DNA of 64,000 nucleotides from positions 62,620,001-62,684,000 of the forward strand of contig NC_043008.1 of assembly GCF_006345805.1 (NCBI RefSeq). Direction: 5' to 3'. Origin of the DNA: Octopus sinensis (Eukaryota). Under the pieces are notes generated by a model. The model saw nothing but the letters and a program-made list of their open reading frames with translations. It was not told where the DNA came from and did no database searches. Shown one piece after another: positions 38,369-52,425 of this stretch. The translations under genes and the position numbers were made by a program. Every line of letters starts with the position of its first letter. The first letter of the stretch is position 1.

Positions 38369-38475
38369 TGTATACCTTAGTGATATATATGTCATGGTAA
38401 TAACCCATCTTACAAAACCACTCTAATTTGTTTCGATTTGACAAATTCTTTCTGCTAGTGGCGTTGGTCATGGAA
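37771..38475. repeat. ~108-bp inverted repeat (37771-37879 and 38367-38475) enclosing (TA)n and an RTE-tail fragment
   Basis: The ORF track shows the same peptide NATSRKNLSNxNKLEWFCKxGYYHDIYITKVYI on both strands. RTE tail at 37894-38043. Confidence 0.9.
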
Positions 38476-38641
38476 TCACAAAATATGCACATGCTGTGAA
38501 CTTAAAATGTCTTTTAATGTCTTTAATTTTATAGTTTGTTTATTCATCTGAAGAAAACAGCTTTTTATAATGTACCCATTGATCAATTAAAAAATTTGCT
38601 GGAAACAGCTGTAATGAAATGACACCTATACATTGTTTGTT

Positions 38642-38674
<33 letters not shown>

Positions 38675-38881
38675 TATATATGAAAAAATACTCGAACCCA
38701 CAAGTGTGAACGAGAGAGACAGAGCAAGGCAGAAACAAGGAAAATGCCACTTATATTTGAACACTATACAAATATTCCTTTAAAAAAACATTTCTTTTAA
38801 TTTTTCTAAATAAAATGACTGAAACCGGTACTGAAATGTTCTTTATAAAATTATTTTAGCATTTTCTATTTTTACTTATTT

Positions 38882-38924
<43 letters not shown>

Positions 38925-38931
38925 TATACAT

Positions 38932-38994
<63 letters not shown>

Positions 38995-39179
38995 ATATAT
39001 ATATATATACACACTCAATGGGTATCTTTCAGTTGCTGTCTGCCAAATCCACCGACAAGGCTTTGGTTGGCCCATGGCCATAGTAGAAAACACTTGGCTT
39101 AAATAATGTGGTTGGGAAACAAGCTTCTTACCACAAAGCAATGCCTGCACTTTGTACATCAATATTACTGATGACAAAA

Positions 39180-39720
39180 TTTGCCTAGATTAGATATTAC
39201 AGGTGAGAAACAGACTGTAGGTCTCCCGTATATCTGCTTGGCCTGTATGGAAGCTGAGCTGATTATTAGAGAGTGGGAAGAGATGCTAGTTGATAACAGA
39301 AGTTATTGTAAGTAAAAATAACTTTTTACCAAGTTTTCAGTGTTGGGTATGAAAGAGCAATAGTTCAGTAATTTACGGGGCTAGAGGGACTGCAGTGTTT
39401 TAAAGAAACAATATACTGACAGTTTATAAATACTGGGTACCCTTGAAGTAAAAGAGTGAGAGAGACAGATGGTATTATTTACCATGGATTGGGGTTAAGT
39501 TTGGATTGGGCTGCAAGAGGGTGATTCAAAAGATGCTGGTGGAACCAGGCAGCTCTTTACTTTGCAACAATCAGATGACTGCATTTGTGCATTTGTGTGC
39601 AGCTGGTGCTGAGAGTCGATGTGAAAGAATTTAGAAGATTTTTTTTCTTTTGGATGTGTGTAGTTGGAGGCAAAATAAGCAGTAAATGCAGAAGCTGCTT
39701 ATCGCTACAGACTAAGTCAA
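39180..39720 (-). mobile_element. Possible ancient CR1/Jockey-type LINE remnant
   Basis: Minus strand PVNY*TIALS resembles the NYRPISL RT motif; otherwise heavily decayed. Confidence 0.35.
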
Positions 39721-40542
39721 CTTTTAGATAATTTCAAGTAATGCAGTGGAAAATGTGAACTATCTTAAAATCTAAAATAATAGAATTAAACATTATTCAT
39801 TTGCTACTGTTACATAATATCTGATTTTAAAGAATTAATCTTTCTTTTGAAACAATCACAAGCAAATTGATTTACAGTCATAGAATATTCATTATGTCTG
39901 ACAACTGTATATTTCCACTCATACAAAAATATTTAATCAGTCTTAGAATTCAGAAATATAGGTGAAAGTAGATTGGAAATTCACATACATGTGATTAACA
40001 AAACAAATTCATACTTAGCAAGACTAGATTGCAAACAACAAAAATAAAAAAAAAAACACATAACAACAAAAACAAAACAAAATAACCAAACGAATATAGA
40101 CAAATAGAATGCATTCAGCTATGTATGCAAATACAATTGAAGCTAGAAAGCACTAATAGCATATAAAATTTACAAAATTTCCGCCAAATACATTTTTGAA
40201 TTACTAAATGTTAAGGTAAATAAAATAATCAAAATTACATAGATAAAGTTTGTGGATAAATTCATATGTATATGCAGATTGCATTTGTATAATTCAATAA
40301 AATTGTATTATAATAGATGTGTTATATAAACACATATTTGCATAAAGGTGTTGGCACAGTTTTCTGGTAAGGGAGTTTCCTTTGCAACAAAGTTGCTTCA
40401 GGTTCAACTTCACAATGTGATATTTCAAGTGTTTTCTGTGGCAACTTTGGGGTGATCAATGCTTAGTGAATAGAATTTGGTAGACGTAAAGAGATGTGCC
40501 TGTGTACTCTGCAAAATGGTGTGTTAAAATTACATTCACTTA

Positions 40543-41065
40543 CTGTAAATCCTCGAGTATAGTCCGCCCTGGAGTATAATACGCAGGGGATTTTTAGGGG
40601 GCTGTATCTCTGAAAAACCTAAACCTTGTGTATAATATGCACCCCCTTCTCTAACTTGAGTCAAAGAGGTCTATATAACGTCCTTGGTTTGTAAAAATGT
40701 ATACGGTAACGTCCTTTATTATTATTGTACATATAACATAATGCAAACGTGTAGCTTTTTTGTGCATTTTGTTTGCAGAAAATAAAGAAATAACAGTAAT
40801 AACAGAAATAACGTTTAATAAATGTTGCTTACTGCAAGTTACGGATGATTCTTTTAGGACTTCATTGCTTTAAGGCTTAGCTTAAGGTATTTTCGCACCC
40901 GACATCACAAAATGCATCTGAATAAACATTGCCAGACAGCAAATAGAGACTCGGACATAACTTAGAAAATAATTTTCATTTTTAACCTTGTATATAGTAT
41001 GCACTAGTGATTTTGACCTTTAAATTTTTGGGGAAAAAATACGGATTATACTCGAAGATTTATGG
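40543..41065. mobile_element. Tc2/pogo-type MITE
   Basis: TA|CTGTAAATCCTCGAGTATAGTCCGC ... ACGGATTATACTCGAAGATTTATGG|TA. Repeated subterminal GTATAATAYGCA motifs. Confidence 0.85.
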
Positions 41066-41082
41066 TACGTGAAAAGTAACTT

Positions 41083-41390
41083 TGTTTTTGTTGTTTGTTC
41101 CTTCTTGAGACACGCCTGGCTCATAGGGCTGGTTTCTTGGTTTCTTTGGTGATAGGTTCCCCAGCTAAACGGGACGCCAGTCTGTCACAAGTGAGCTGCA
41201 AGATGCAGGAAGAAAGAGTGAGAGAAAGTTGTGGCGAAAAGTCGGCAGAAGTTCACCACTACCTTTTGCTGGAACCATGTAGAGCTAGGTGTTTTGCTCG
41301 TAAACACACACATCGCCTGGTCTGAGATTCAAACCCGCAATCCCTCAACCTTGAGTCCACTGCTCTAACCACTAGGCCATGTGCCTCCAC
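41083..41390 (-). mobile_element. SINE family B variant
   Basis: Head GTGGAGGCACATGGCCTAGTGGTTAGAGC (minus). 11-bp TSD AAAAGTAACTT at 41072-41082 and 41391-41401. Confidence 0.85.
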
Positions 41391-41675
41391 AAAAGTAACT
41401 TAGTCATTCAATAAATAGACTGATAAAATACATACAAAATAAAGTAAGTACTGAGTACCGATATGATTAAGGACCAATGAAGGCACTGCATCAATATGAA
41501 AACTACTAAATGACTGATGCTAGTAAAAGAATAAAAGAATGTGTTTGCAACAATGGCAGTGATGAGCTAGAAGAATTTTTTTGGCATGCCAGATAAAATT
41601 CCTTGTGGCACTTCATGTATCTTCACATTCTGAGTTCAAATTTCACTGATGTCAACTTTGCCTTTTGTCCTTTAA

Positions 41676-41898
41676 CCCTTTACTGTTCACATTATTCTGC
41701 CAAAATGAATGCTTTTTTATCCACATTGTTTTGAACTAATCATGTATTATCTTGTAGCTATGAGATTTTGATGAGGTAGCTGTTGATTTTTAAAACGATA
41801 TTGTAGGGTTGGTGTGAGAGACCAGATCTGGCCAGTTTGAACATAAAACAGGCAGAATACTTTTGGCCAGATATGGCCGGTTTAAAAGGTTTAAAGGG
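41676..41898 (+). mobile_element. piggyBac-type MITE family P1, inserted in an old SINE C (~41555-42000)
   Basis: TTAA|CCCTTTA ... TAAAGGG|TTAA. Near-identical to 44549-44767. Confidence 0.9.
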
Positions 41899-42283
41899 TT
41901 AAGGTTCGATGAAATGAATGCCAGTTGAACACTGGAGTTGATGTAAACAACTAGCACCCCACCTACATTTCAGGCATTGTGCCTGTAGTATAAAGGATTA
42001 TTAAGATTAAAATGTGCAGCTAATCCAACTGGACTCTCCCGCTACTGGAACAGGTAGATGATGTACGGTATAAATTCTCTTTCATGTTTTTGTCCACATC
42101 CAATGACTTACATATGGAAAACTAAACAATGACAGATTAGTTTTCTATCGTGATAGATCCTTCAAACATTTGGTCCTTTAAAGGGTTTCCCAAATCAATC
42201 AGATGGAGTATTTGGTCTTGTAGACAGTATTTCTATTGCAGCTTTAGGTTGATGATGTATTCTTTTTCTCTGTTTCAATGGGT

Positions 42284-42672
42284 TTTATTCTTTTATTCTT
42301 TTATTTCTTCTGGTCATCTGAATGTGGCCATGCTGGAGCATTGCCTTTAGTCGAGCAAATCTACCCCAGGACTTATTCTTTGTAAGCCTAGTACTTATTT
42401 TATCAGTCTCTCTTGCCAAACTGCTAAGTGACAGGGATGTAAACACACCAGCATCGGTTGTCAAGCAATGTTGGGGGGACAAACACAGACACACAGACAC
42501 ACAAAAATACACATACATACATACATAGATACATACATACATACATATATATAGATATATAAAATATAAATTAGAGATAAAGCTACTATTTTGCAACTCA
42601 AACAGTGATAGACATAAACCAATACAACAAATAATATATATATATAATAATTTTTTTTTAGTTATACTCCCT

Positions 42673-42703
<31 letters not shown>

Positions 42704-42850
42704 TATATATGACAAGCTTCTTTCAGTTTCCATCTACCAGATCCACTTACAAGGCTTTGGAAAGCTCGAGGCTATAGTAGAAAACACTTGCCCAAGGTGC
42801 CATGCAGTGGGACTGAACCCAGAACCATGTGGTTGGTAAGCAATCTACTT
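42284..42850 (-). mobile_element. SINE family A with an expanded AT-rich centre
   Basis: Both halves of family A, separated by ~200 bp of TACA/TA-rich sequence. Confidence 0.85.
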
Positions 42851-42972
42851 ATCCCTTTTCATTTTGGATCTGATACAGTTATTTTTTTTAGTTTGACAAG
42901 ATGTTAAAAAATGACTGTGGTATTGTGAAGTGAAGTTCTTAACCCTATTGTTACTGCCTTGATCATCTTTAA

Positions 42973-43192
42973 CCCTTTCATTATCAACCCGGCTGAAACC
43001 AGCTCTGGTACTGTAACACAAATGTTTTGTTTTCATAAGTTTTGAATTAAAATCTTCCACGAAACCTTAGTCACAATTTATGTTCCTAATGCTAGCTTAA
43101 TGATAACTAAATTATTTTACTAAGTTCTTTGTTATATTAAAATAATTGAAAGAAACACAGAGCGTCTCAAAATAAATACAGTAACGAAAGGG
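42973..43192. mobile_element. piggyBac-type MITE family P2
   Basis: TTAA|CCCTTTCATTA ... TAACGAAAGGG|TTAA. Interior unrelated to P1. Confidence 0.85.
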
Positions 43193-44548
43193 TTAAACAC
43201 CATTAGGTGAATATCAATGACACAATATTTGTTTCTAATTTAAACATGGGGCAAGCAATTTTGAAAAGAAGGGGATTATCCATAACATTGATACCATTTC
43301 ATGACCTTGAAAGGATGAAAGGGAAAAGTTGACTTTGGTGGGATTATGACTCTGTATGATAGAATCAACACAAGGCATTTTTCTAGCACACTACTGATTT
43401 CGATAATCCATTGCCCTCATTGGTACAATAATAACTGAATTTTGCTTCACAAAAAATGCACATGCCATGGACTTAAAATTTTTTCTATGACCGTCCAACT
43501 CATGCTAGCATGGAAAATGGACGTTAATTGATGATGATGATGATGATGATGATGATCAGATAATAATTAGAGTAAAACAGTCTGAGGAAGAAAGTTGACT
43601 CTCCATCATCGTCTACAAGAATTGGTCATCCAATATTTTCAACTGAATTATAGGCAAGCAAGCTAAACTTCTACCACATGGTCCTTGACCAGCTAGAAAT
43701 AGATGTCATATGTTAGTTGCAGTCATAAACTATCATTAAGACAAAACGCTAAATAATGTAGACTTATGTACACTATGATGTTACACATAAACTTCCTAGA
43801 ATGCAACATAAAAAAAAAGCCATCCTGCTGAATGGCAAAGATTCAATTCTGAACATACAACCATCGCTGTTTCACATATTCAATGTTTCCATTCTCTGTC
43901 TTTTCTATTAATTCTTGAAAAACCTCTGCTGTTCTAAATTAACTTGTTTTCTGTATATTTTATACAACCAAGACCACATGTATGACTATTTGATTATTTT
44001 CCTTTCATCTTCACAAACTCCATCTGTAGAACAGTAAACAGCATTACACCGAAATTTCTTCCCCATCCACGTTTTCTTTGCTGGTATTTACCTATAGCTA
44101 TTTTAACTGAACGTTAGTCACCCACATACATTGATCTCACAACTTCATGGGAAGCCTGCAAATATCATTATTACAACTCCTTTTTAATGAGTATTTTGGA
44201 AAATATAATACCTATAGGTGTACTTTGGATAAATTCCAGAATTTTGTCATTTATTTTAGATTAGTACTGCATCTTGTGACTGTGAAAAATAATTGTTCAA
44301 TCAAATTTTGGACTTCCATATATCTTGTGAGAACATGGATTGAGCATAGTTTTTCTATTGGACACTGACCAACAGTTGTTTATACATATAGCTATACCCT
44401 CCCCCAGACACAGGTTAAAAACCAAGGGAAAACAATCTCTTAATTTGCACAGCTTTGACAGTTTTCAATTTGGCTGTTAATACAAAGATTCTAGCATGGC
44501 TATTTTTAAATATCTGAATGCTAGAAATTACCTGAGTCTGCAATTTAA

Positions 44549-44767
44549 CCCTTTAGTGTTAGCATTATTCTGCCAAAATTAATCCTTTTTTATCCACATT
44601 GTTTTGAACTAATCATGCATTATCTTGTAGCGATGAGATTTTGATGAGGTAGCTGTTAATTTTTAAAATGATATTGTAGGGTTGGTGTGAGAGACCAGAT
44701 ATGGCCAGTGAACATAAAACAGGCAGAATACTTTTGGCCGGATATGGCCGGTTTAAATGCTAAAGGG
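44549..44767 (+). mobile_element. piggyBac-type MITE family P1
   Basis: TTAA|CCCTTTAG ... CTAAAGGG|TTAA. Confidence 0.9.
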
Positions 44768-45940
44768 TTAAGCCAAGTCATCTATGTAAATTTGTATGAG
44801 CCAATAAAAAGTGCTTCAGGGTGACATCTATCATATAATGCAAGCACTAGCTATCTCCAGTGAATACAACACTAGATAAATTATGTTTTATCCAGATGTA
44901 GAAAACTAATATATGCCAGTTATTCAAAAGATGAACTCTGTTCTATCAGATTATTCAGTAGACAAGTCATGTGTCACTATGGCAATTTTTTCATAGACAA
45001 TTTATGTGTCACCATGGCTGTTATTTGATAGTTGATAAATCTATTACTGTGGATGTTATTTGATACACAACACATGTGCCACTCTTGCAGATATTCAATG
45101 CATGACATTTATTGCTGTTATTCAATTGATGATATGTATGTCACCTTGGTTGTTAAAGAGTTAAAAATCACTGCGAATGAAAAAGCAAAAACAGCTGCAC
45201 ACACTTGAATATTTCAATTGAAAAGAAAAATATTTAAACTTTACATAGAATAAATTTACTTTAAAAATCAATGTGTACTTTGCTTCTGAGAAATTTTCAA
45301 CAATAAACATTGTTTACTTTGCTTCTGAGAATACATCATTATAGGAATAGCCAGGATCTGAATAAAGAAAAATGAAAACTTGGAACTACAGCTTTTAACA
45401 TTTCTTTTTATACTAGAAAAAAATTCATGATGTTGCAACATGTTTCCAGTTTTCTCATATCTTGAAGGCTGTTTTATCACTAATAAAGGCATAGAAATCA
45501 TAAAACGAAAGTAGTAGTTTAATAAGGAATATAATTGAAACTGAAAAGCACTGCCTGAAATGACAGGAAAGCTGTTAGATCTTGGTATATTTTTATTTGT
45601 ACCTTCAAAAATCATAATAGTGAATTCATCTAGTCAATTTGCTGATAGTGATAAAGATATTACTATAATCAATGAAAAATGATGATGTATGCACTTTTGC
45701 TCTCAGAAAGTTATCTTTCCTCCAACTTGGAACCACTCACATTTTACATTGACTACTTGTCTTTCCTATTAAGTTAGTCCTCACTCTTACCAATCATCAC
45801 TTACTCTTTCCACGTACTAAGTTTTCTCCTCACACATTCTTGCAACCTACCTTCCCACATGCCATCTTTTCTTTCATCCTATCCAGGTATATTGTATTAT
45901 TAAATTTGAAACCTTGTGCCTATAATAGAAACGATTATCC

Positions 45941-46400
45941 TTAATATTATTGTTATTTACTTTTAACCTGCATGTTTGTTACAATCATGTACCAAGACAT
46001 GCCCAGTACCCTCAGGAGAGTGAAAGATAAGAGATGTTACAATATGACTGAAAGCTTGGAGAGAAGAAGTGGCAGGGGTAATAATGAAATATCTTCATGC
46101 AATACAACAGACATTTAGATGGATAGGGATTTTCTAAGGATATGAGCAGTACTTGTCAGCACAATCATTTGGATTCCTTTGAGACATGGTTCTCCTTGGA
46201 TGTTTCTGATATCCCTTTTTATCATACCTAGGGTACCTACAAAAACAGGAATGGGTCTTACTTTAAGGTGCAACATCTTTTGTATTTCAATTTCCAGATA
46301 CTTATATTTATTTCATTTGTCAAATTCCTTTACAGATATATTTTCATCACTGGGAACACTTACATCTATTAGTCTACAAGTGTTTTCTTCCCTGTCTTTA
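45941..46400 (-). mobile_element. R4/Dong-clade non-LTR retrotransposon 3' fragment (restriction-like endonuclease)
   Basis: 46399-46115 translates KDREENTCRLIDVSVPSDENISVKEFDK*NKYKYLEIEIQKM..PIPVFVGTLG..IQMIVLTSTAHILRKSLSI*. The 3' UTR ends in TAA-rich sequence. Confidence 0.85.
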
Positions 46401-46464
46401 GTATTATTATTATTTGATATTTTTAAGTATTATATAAAATTATCATTTATGATTATTATCATTA

Positions 46465-46855
46465 TTGAGTGAGAAAGCAGTGCATACCATCAAAGTGACA
46501 CTGGGGTAAAATATATGAAGCCCAGTACACCCATCATGACTACCCATCTGATAAGGATACACCAGGCACATGCATCACAGCCATATGTGAGCAACATGGT
46601 GATCTCATATCAAGATAAACAGCACATGACCTTGCAGGTGGGGCCCAGTTAGAATTTTCTTCTGGTTGAGTAGTCCATCCTGCTCAAAATGTTCCTGAGT
46701 AAGGGTTGTTTAAGGATGATGAACAAAACACCCATGTTTCCAAAGGTGAATTATCTAAACCCCCTAAAATTCCTCTCAACACATGGCTATGAAGCTCCTC
46801 AAATACTTCTGCTTGTGATTAGAGATGCACATATTGTCAGCCACTAAGGAATATG
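46465..46855 (-). repeat. Interspersed repeat, probable LINE 3' UTR with (AAT)n tail
   Basis: Partly repeated at 9255-9430 and ends in AATAATGATAAT on the minus strand. Family not identified. Confidence 0.55.
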
Positions 46856-47345
46856 ACAGGCTTCTTTCAGTTTCCATTTGCCAGATCCACTCATAAGGTT
46901 TTGATTGGTCAAAAGCTATAATAGAAGACATTCACCCAAAGTGCCATGCAGTGATGTTGAACCATGAACTATGTGGTTGGAAATAAAGCTTGTTAAAACA
47001 TATTTGTGTCTGTACTTTGTCCAGCATTTTATGTTGAATCAAGATCCACTTCAGTTTACTCTGCAATACTTGTAGGTACTACAGCTTTGGGTCAGAATAT
47101 ATATATGAGATGTATCAGTTAAGGGGCATCTCAATTCTTCTCCAATACACAGGCTCTTAGAACTAATCAAAGATAGATGCAAGTTAAAGTCCTAACCTGG
47201 AGGATGTAGAACACTTGACTACATTGGTATTATTGGCAAAGAAGACACTGGGAAAAAGGAGGTGAAAAAAGGGTGAAAAGAGAAAGAGAAGGAAAAGAAG
47301 AAGAAGGTGAAGAAGAAGAAAACCGAAGTAGAAGTAATAATATAA

Positions 47346-47618
47346 ATATGCAAGAAGGTTTGAAAATGCAATTTTAAAAGACGTTTATTTACTTTACTGG
47401 TTTTACTTTTTAGTAAAAGATTGTCAAAAGTAACATGTAAAAGCTTGGTTGTGTTAGGTACTGGTTGTCACAAAAATACATGAAGTATTTTGTGACAACC
47501 AGTCCCTAACACAACCAAGCTTTTACATGTTACTTTTGACAATCTTTTTCTAAAAAAGTGAAATCGGTAAAGTAAATAAACATCTTTTAAAATTGCATTT
47601 TCAAACATTCTTTCATAT
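47346..47618. repeat. Long palindrome (~135-bp arms, 5-nt loop), each arm with a degenerate hammerhead-like motif
   Basis: Centre ..GTCACAAAAATAC-ATGAA-GTATTTTGTGAC.. Right arm TTACTT-TTGACAA-TCTTTTTCTAAAAAAGT-GAAA-TCGGTA-AAGTAA at 47530-47575. (TA)n at 47658. Confidence 0.9.
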
Positions 47619-47657
47619 ATAATTCCACTCGTGCAGTACCTTACAACTTCACTTTGT

Positions 47658-47689
<32 letters not shown>

Positions 47690-48199
47690 AAATTAGGGTA
47701 TCTACGAGATACCACCATGCTGAAAATAGCAGCCATGATCTGACTCTAAAACCACCTTAAGTGTCCATATGGACATATTATATGATATCATTATATTATA
47801 TTATATTATATTATATATATAGTGATTGAAGAAGTGATTGAACATTGCTCAATAGATTTTTTTATCTCATATTGTTCTGAGGTGTTAATGTAAAGAAACT
47901 TGAGTATCAGATAGATTTGTAAATGTGTAAATATGAGGTAAATTGGTGGGAAAGTAAGAGGATTTTGAATCCCTAAGCTAATGGGGTGGGGACAGAGGTT
48001 CCTGGTGAAGCAGAGTGAAATGCATCTTTGTTGCAGCTACGTCAATGCAAAAAGGGGATAGGGAAGAAGGAGGGGAGTAGAGAAGGAGGAGAGGGAGGAA
48101 GATGGGAAGGAGGTGGAGGGCATGGTGGTGTACAGATGGGTGGGTTTGTAGTGGAGGAAGAAAAGTGGTGAGGAATGATGAAGTGGAGCTGAAAGAGAG

Positions 48200-48822
48200 G
48201 GTTAAAGAAGGAAGAGGATGAGAAAGAGAAAAGAAGAAGAGGAGGTGGAGGAAGAGGAAGAGAAGGAAGAAGAAGGAGAAGAAAAAGAAGATGAGAAAGT
48301 AGAGAAGAAGGAACAAGAAGGAAAAGAAGAAGAAGTAGAGAAGGAACAAGAAGAAGGAGCAGGAGGAGGAGGAGGAGAAGAAGAAGAAGAAGAAGAAAAA
48401 GAAGAAGAAGAGGAAGTAGAGAAGGAACAAGAAGAAGGAGGAGGAGGTGGAGAAGAAGAAGAAGAAGAGGAAATAGAGAAGGAACAAGAAGAAGGAGGAG
48501 GAGGAGAAGAAGAAGAAGAAGGAGAGAAGAGGAAGTAGAGAAGGAACAAGAAGAAGGAGGAGGAGGTGGAGAAGAAGAAGAAGAAGAAGAAGAGGAAATA
48601 GGGGAGGAACAAGAAGAAGGAGGAGGAGGAGAAGAAGAAGAAGAAGAAGAAGAAGAAGGAGGAGGAAGTAGAAGTAGAGGAGGAAGTAGAGAAGGAACAA
48701 GAAGAAGGAGGAGGAGGTGGAGGAGGAGAAGAAGAAGAAGAAGAAGAGGAAGAAGAAGAAGAGGAAGAAGAAGAAGAGGAAGAAGAGAAGAAGAAGAAGA
48801 AGAAGAAGAAGAAGAAGAAGAA
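48200..48822. repeat. Polypurine (GAA/GGA)n tract with a ~60-bp higher-order unit
   Basis: GAARTAGAGAAGGAACAAGAAGAAGGAGGAGGAGG recurs about 7 times. Confidence 0.95.
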
Positions 48823-49164
48823 ACAATAACAGTTGCCATAGTTTCCATTACATTTTATGACAGAACTATGATAATTCTACAGCTTTACAAAGAGTAAAAC
48901 CTGTTAAATTCCCATAAGTTTCACAAGAGCATAGTTACTGTCGGGTGGGGTTTGGTGAGGCGATGGAGGGGGTAGATAAAGTTATCTCTAATATTTAAAA
49001 CCTCATTTATTAAGTAGAACGTTTCCTAAAATGTCAACGACCATAACCTATTGCTCCAAAACAAACACAACAATACACTGTCTTGAAGACATAGTAAGAC
49101 CTTCCTCCTGATATATGTGTTTGTGTATGTATAGATATATGTTTACATATATATGTATATAGTT

Positions 49165-49898
<734 letters not shown>

Positions 49899-50660
49899 GT
49901 AATATGTTGCTTCATGTCAGAGTTGTTGAAAAGAGGCAATGATCATCTTGTTCTTTAATATGACTAGTATCTTTCAATAGTATGTGTGTGGGTGTGTGAG
50001 AGAGAGAGGGAGAGAGAGAGAGAGAGAGAGAGAATGTGTGTGTATGCATGGGACTTGACAGCATTGCATGAGCGAAAGAGGAAATATATTTCCTATTACT
50101 CAATAATGAGTAATAGAATTTTAAGACAGTTACGATTGAGCTTGCCTGTCTGTGTAACAGGCATACACATGCACACACACACACATCATTTTATATCACA
50201 ATTATTTTCGATTTCTGTACGATTAAAAGCAAATCAAGTAATACTCATACATACACATACACACACACACATATATATATATATACATGCAATATATATA
50301 TCTGTGTGTGTATGTATCATATTAATCACATATGTCGATGTCTTCAATGTAATAGGTTTAGACAATAGATATAGAGGCATTCATTTTCACTTTTGGCTTG
50401 TTACACTGTGTATAAAAATAAATACATGAGATTTTGATTCCCTAAAATTGCTTTAAAATTAACAAAAATTAATATTAAATTTATAATTGTAGCTGTTTAA
50501 TCAATATTAATATCTAAGCAACACTGTAAATAATTAGTTTTGTTTAATTATAAATGCATAAAAGGGATCTTACTCTGCAGAAAAAATTTAATTGTGCGAT
50601 GTATGTTATTAATAGTGGGATTTAAATGAAATTTGCTATGAAATGTAAGTCTTGATACGT

Positions 50661-51150
50661 ATCATCATCATCATCATCATCATTATTTAATGTCTGCTTT
50701 CCATGTTGGCATGGGTTAGAGAGATTCACTGAAGACTTGCAAGCCAGAAGGCTGTACCAGGCTGCAATTTCATCTGGCAAGGTTTCTACAGCTGGATGTC
50801 CTTCCTAATAACAACCATTCCAAGGTTGTAGTGGGTGTTTTTTATGTGCCACCGGCATGAGGGCCAGTCAGTCAGTACTGGCATCGACCATGCTTGAATG
50901 GTGGTTTTTATGTGCCACCGGCACGGGAGCCAGTCAGGTGGCACTAGCAATGACCACACTCAAATAGGTTTTTTTTATGAGTCACTGGCACAGGAACCAG
51001 TCAGGCAGCACTGGCAACAACCACACTTGAATGCTACTTTTTATGTGCCACTGGTAGAGGAGCCAGTCAAACGGCACTGGCAACAACCACACTTGAATGC
51101 TGCTTTTTATGTGCCACCGGCAGAGGAGCCAGTCAGGAGGCACTGGCAAT
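50661..51150 (-). mobile_element. RTE-type 3' tail element with 5 x ~66-bp tandem units
   Basis: (CAT)n tail, CAGCTGGATGTCCTTCCTAA box and repeated TTTTATGTGCCACCGGCA..AGCCAGTCAG..CACTGGCA. Confidence 0.8.
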
Positions 51151-51466
51151 GTATGTAGTGATTTAAGTGGTGAGCCAACAAGATCATTACCATACTACCC
51201 AAAATTCTTAGTGGCATTTCTCATCGTTTTGTACATTCCAAATTCAAATACTACCAAGGTTGATTTCACCTTTCATCCTTCTGGAGCTCAATAAATGAAG
51301 TATTGTGGTTGATGTGATTGACTAACTCCTTCCTCTTGAAAATGGTGGTCATGCCAAATTTTGAAACATATATATATGTATATATATATATTACACTATA
51401 TGTAATATAAACCAGACCATGTTTTAACTTTATTCAACTGATATATGATTATATATATATATATAG

Positions 51467-51498
<32 letters not shown>

Positions 51499-51720
51499 TA
51501 TATATATATGCATGTATGTATGTATATTCATATATATGTGTGTGTGTGTGTATATATGTATATATATATATTATATATATATATATGATATGCAACAATT
51601 AGTTAGTTTATAAACAAATTCCTCTATTTTACATAATGTCGCGGTCTCTTTCCTTCTTTTATTGTCATATTATTATTATTAATATATATGCATATATAAA
51701 TATATATATATATATATTAT

Positions 51721-52387
51721 ATGTAGAAAAATACAAACTGGGACAAGAACGTAAAACATTTAGAAGACGATACAAAAGACACGGATGGGACATTCGAAGC
51801 CTTCAATCTTCAGTCAAGAACCGGATCATCGTAGCAATTTTGGCTAATTAATCTTGAAATCGCTCCGATCCGGCCAGCTCCAAGGAAAACCTAAGCTACG
51901 AGCATTAGATTTCTTGGAAGAAGGATCGAATGTATACGAAACAGGGACAGAAAAACGGACGATGACACACGAATATAAAATACAAAAAACAATAATGGTA
52001 AAAACAAGACGAAAACAGCGGGTGTCTTACAACTAATAAACAGTACAAGTTTAGCTGGCGTATTTGGAAAAAATGCCTTTTCGGCAGGCGAAGACAACGA
52101 TGTTCTCACGGCAGTGGTCGGAGGCCAGAAGGCTGATTTGACTAGCAGTCACGTGAGGGAAGTGAGAGAAAAGAAAGGGGGCAAAGGAAACAAAGAGAGA
52201 GAGAAAAAGAGGGACGAAAGCAACAAAGGGGGGAGAAGAGAGAGAAAGAAGGAATTAAAGAGGGGAGAAGAAAGAGTGCGTGCCAAGGATTGGCTTGTGA
52301 GTGCAAAGTGAGAAAGACAGAGAAATGTGAGAGAGTGGGGGAAGAGTAGCCCAAAGAATCAGAGGCAAGAAAAGAGAAAAGAAGGAG

Positions 52388-52425
<38 letters not shown>

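Noticed and set aside
38815-38835. GAAACCGGTA hammerhead 3' half between (TA)n tracts
   Set aside because: No upstream CUGANGA or stem II, so too incomplete to call.
47978-48848. Longest ORFs (282, 268, 136 and 106 aa)
   Set aside because: Stop-free translations of the GAA/GGA tract giving poly-L/F/S/E; no domain or splice evidence.
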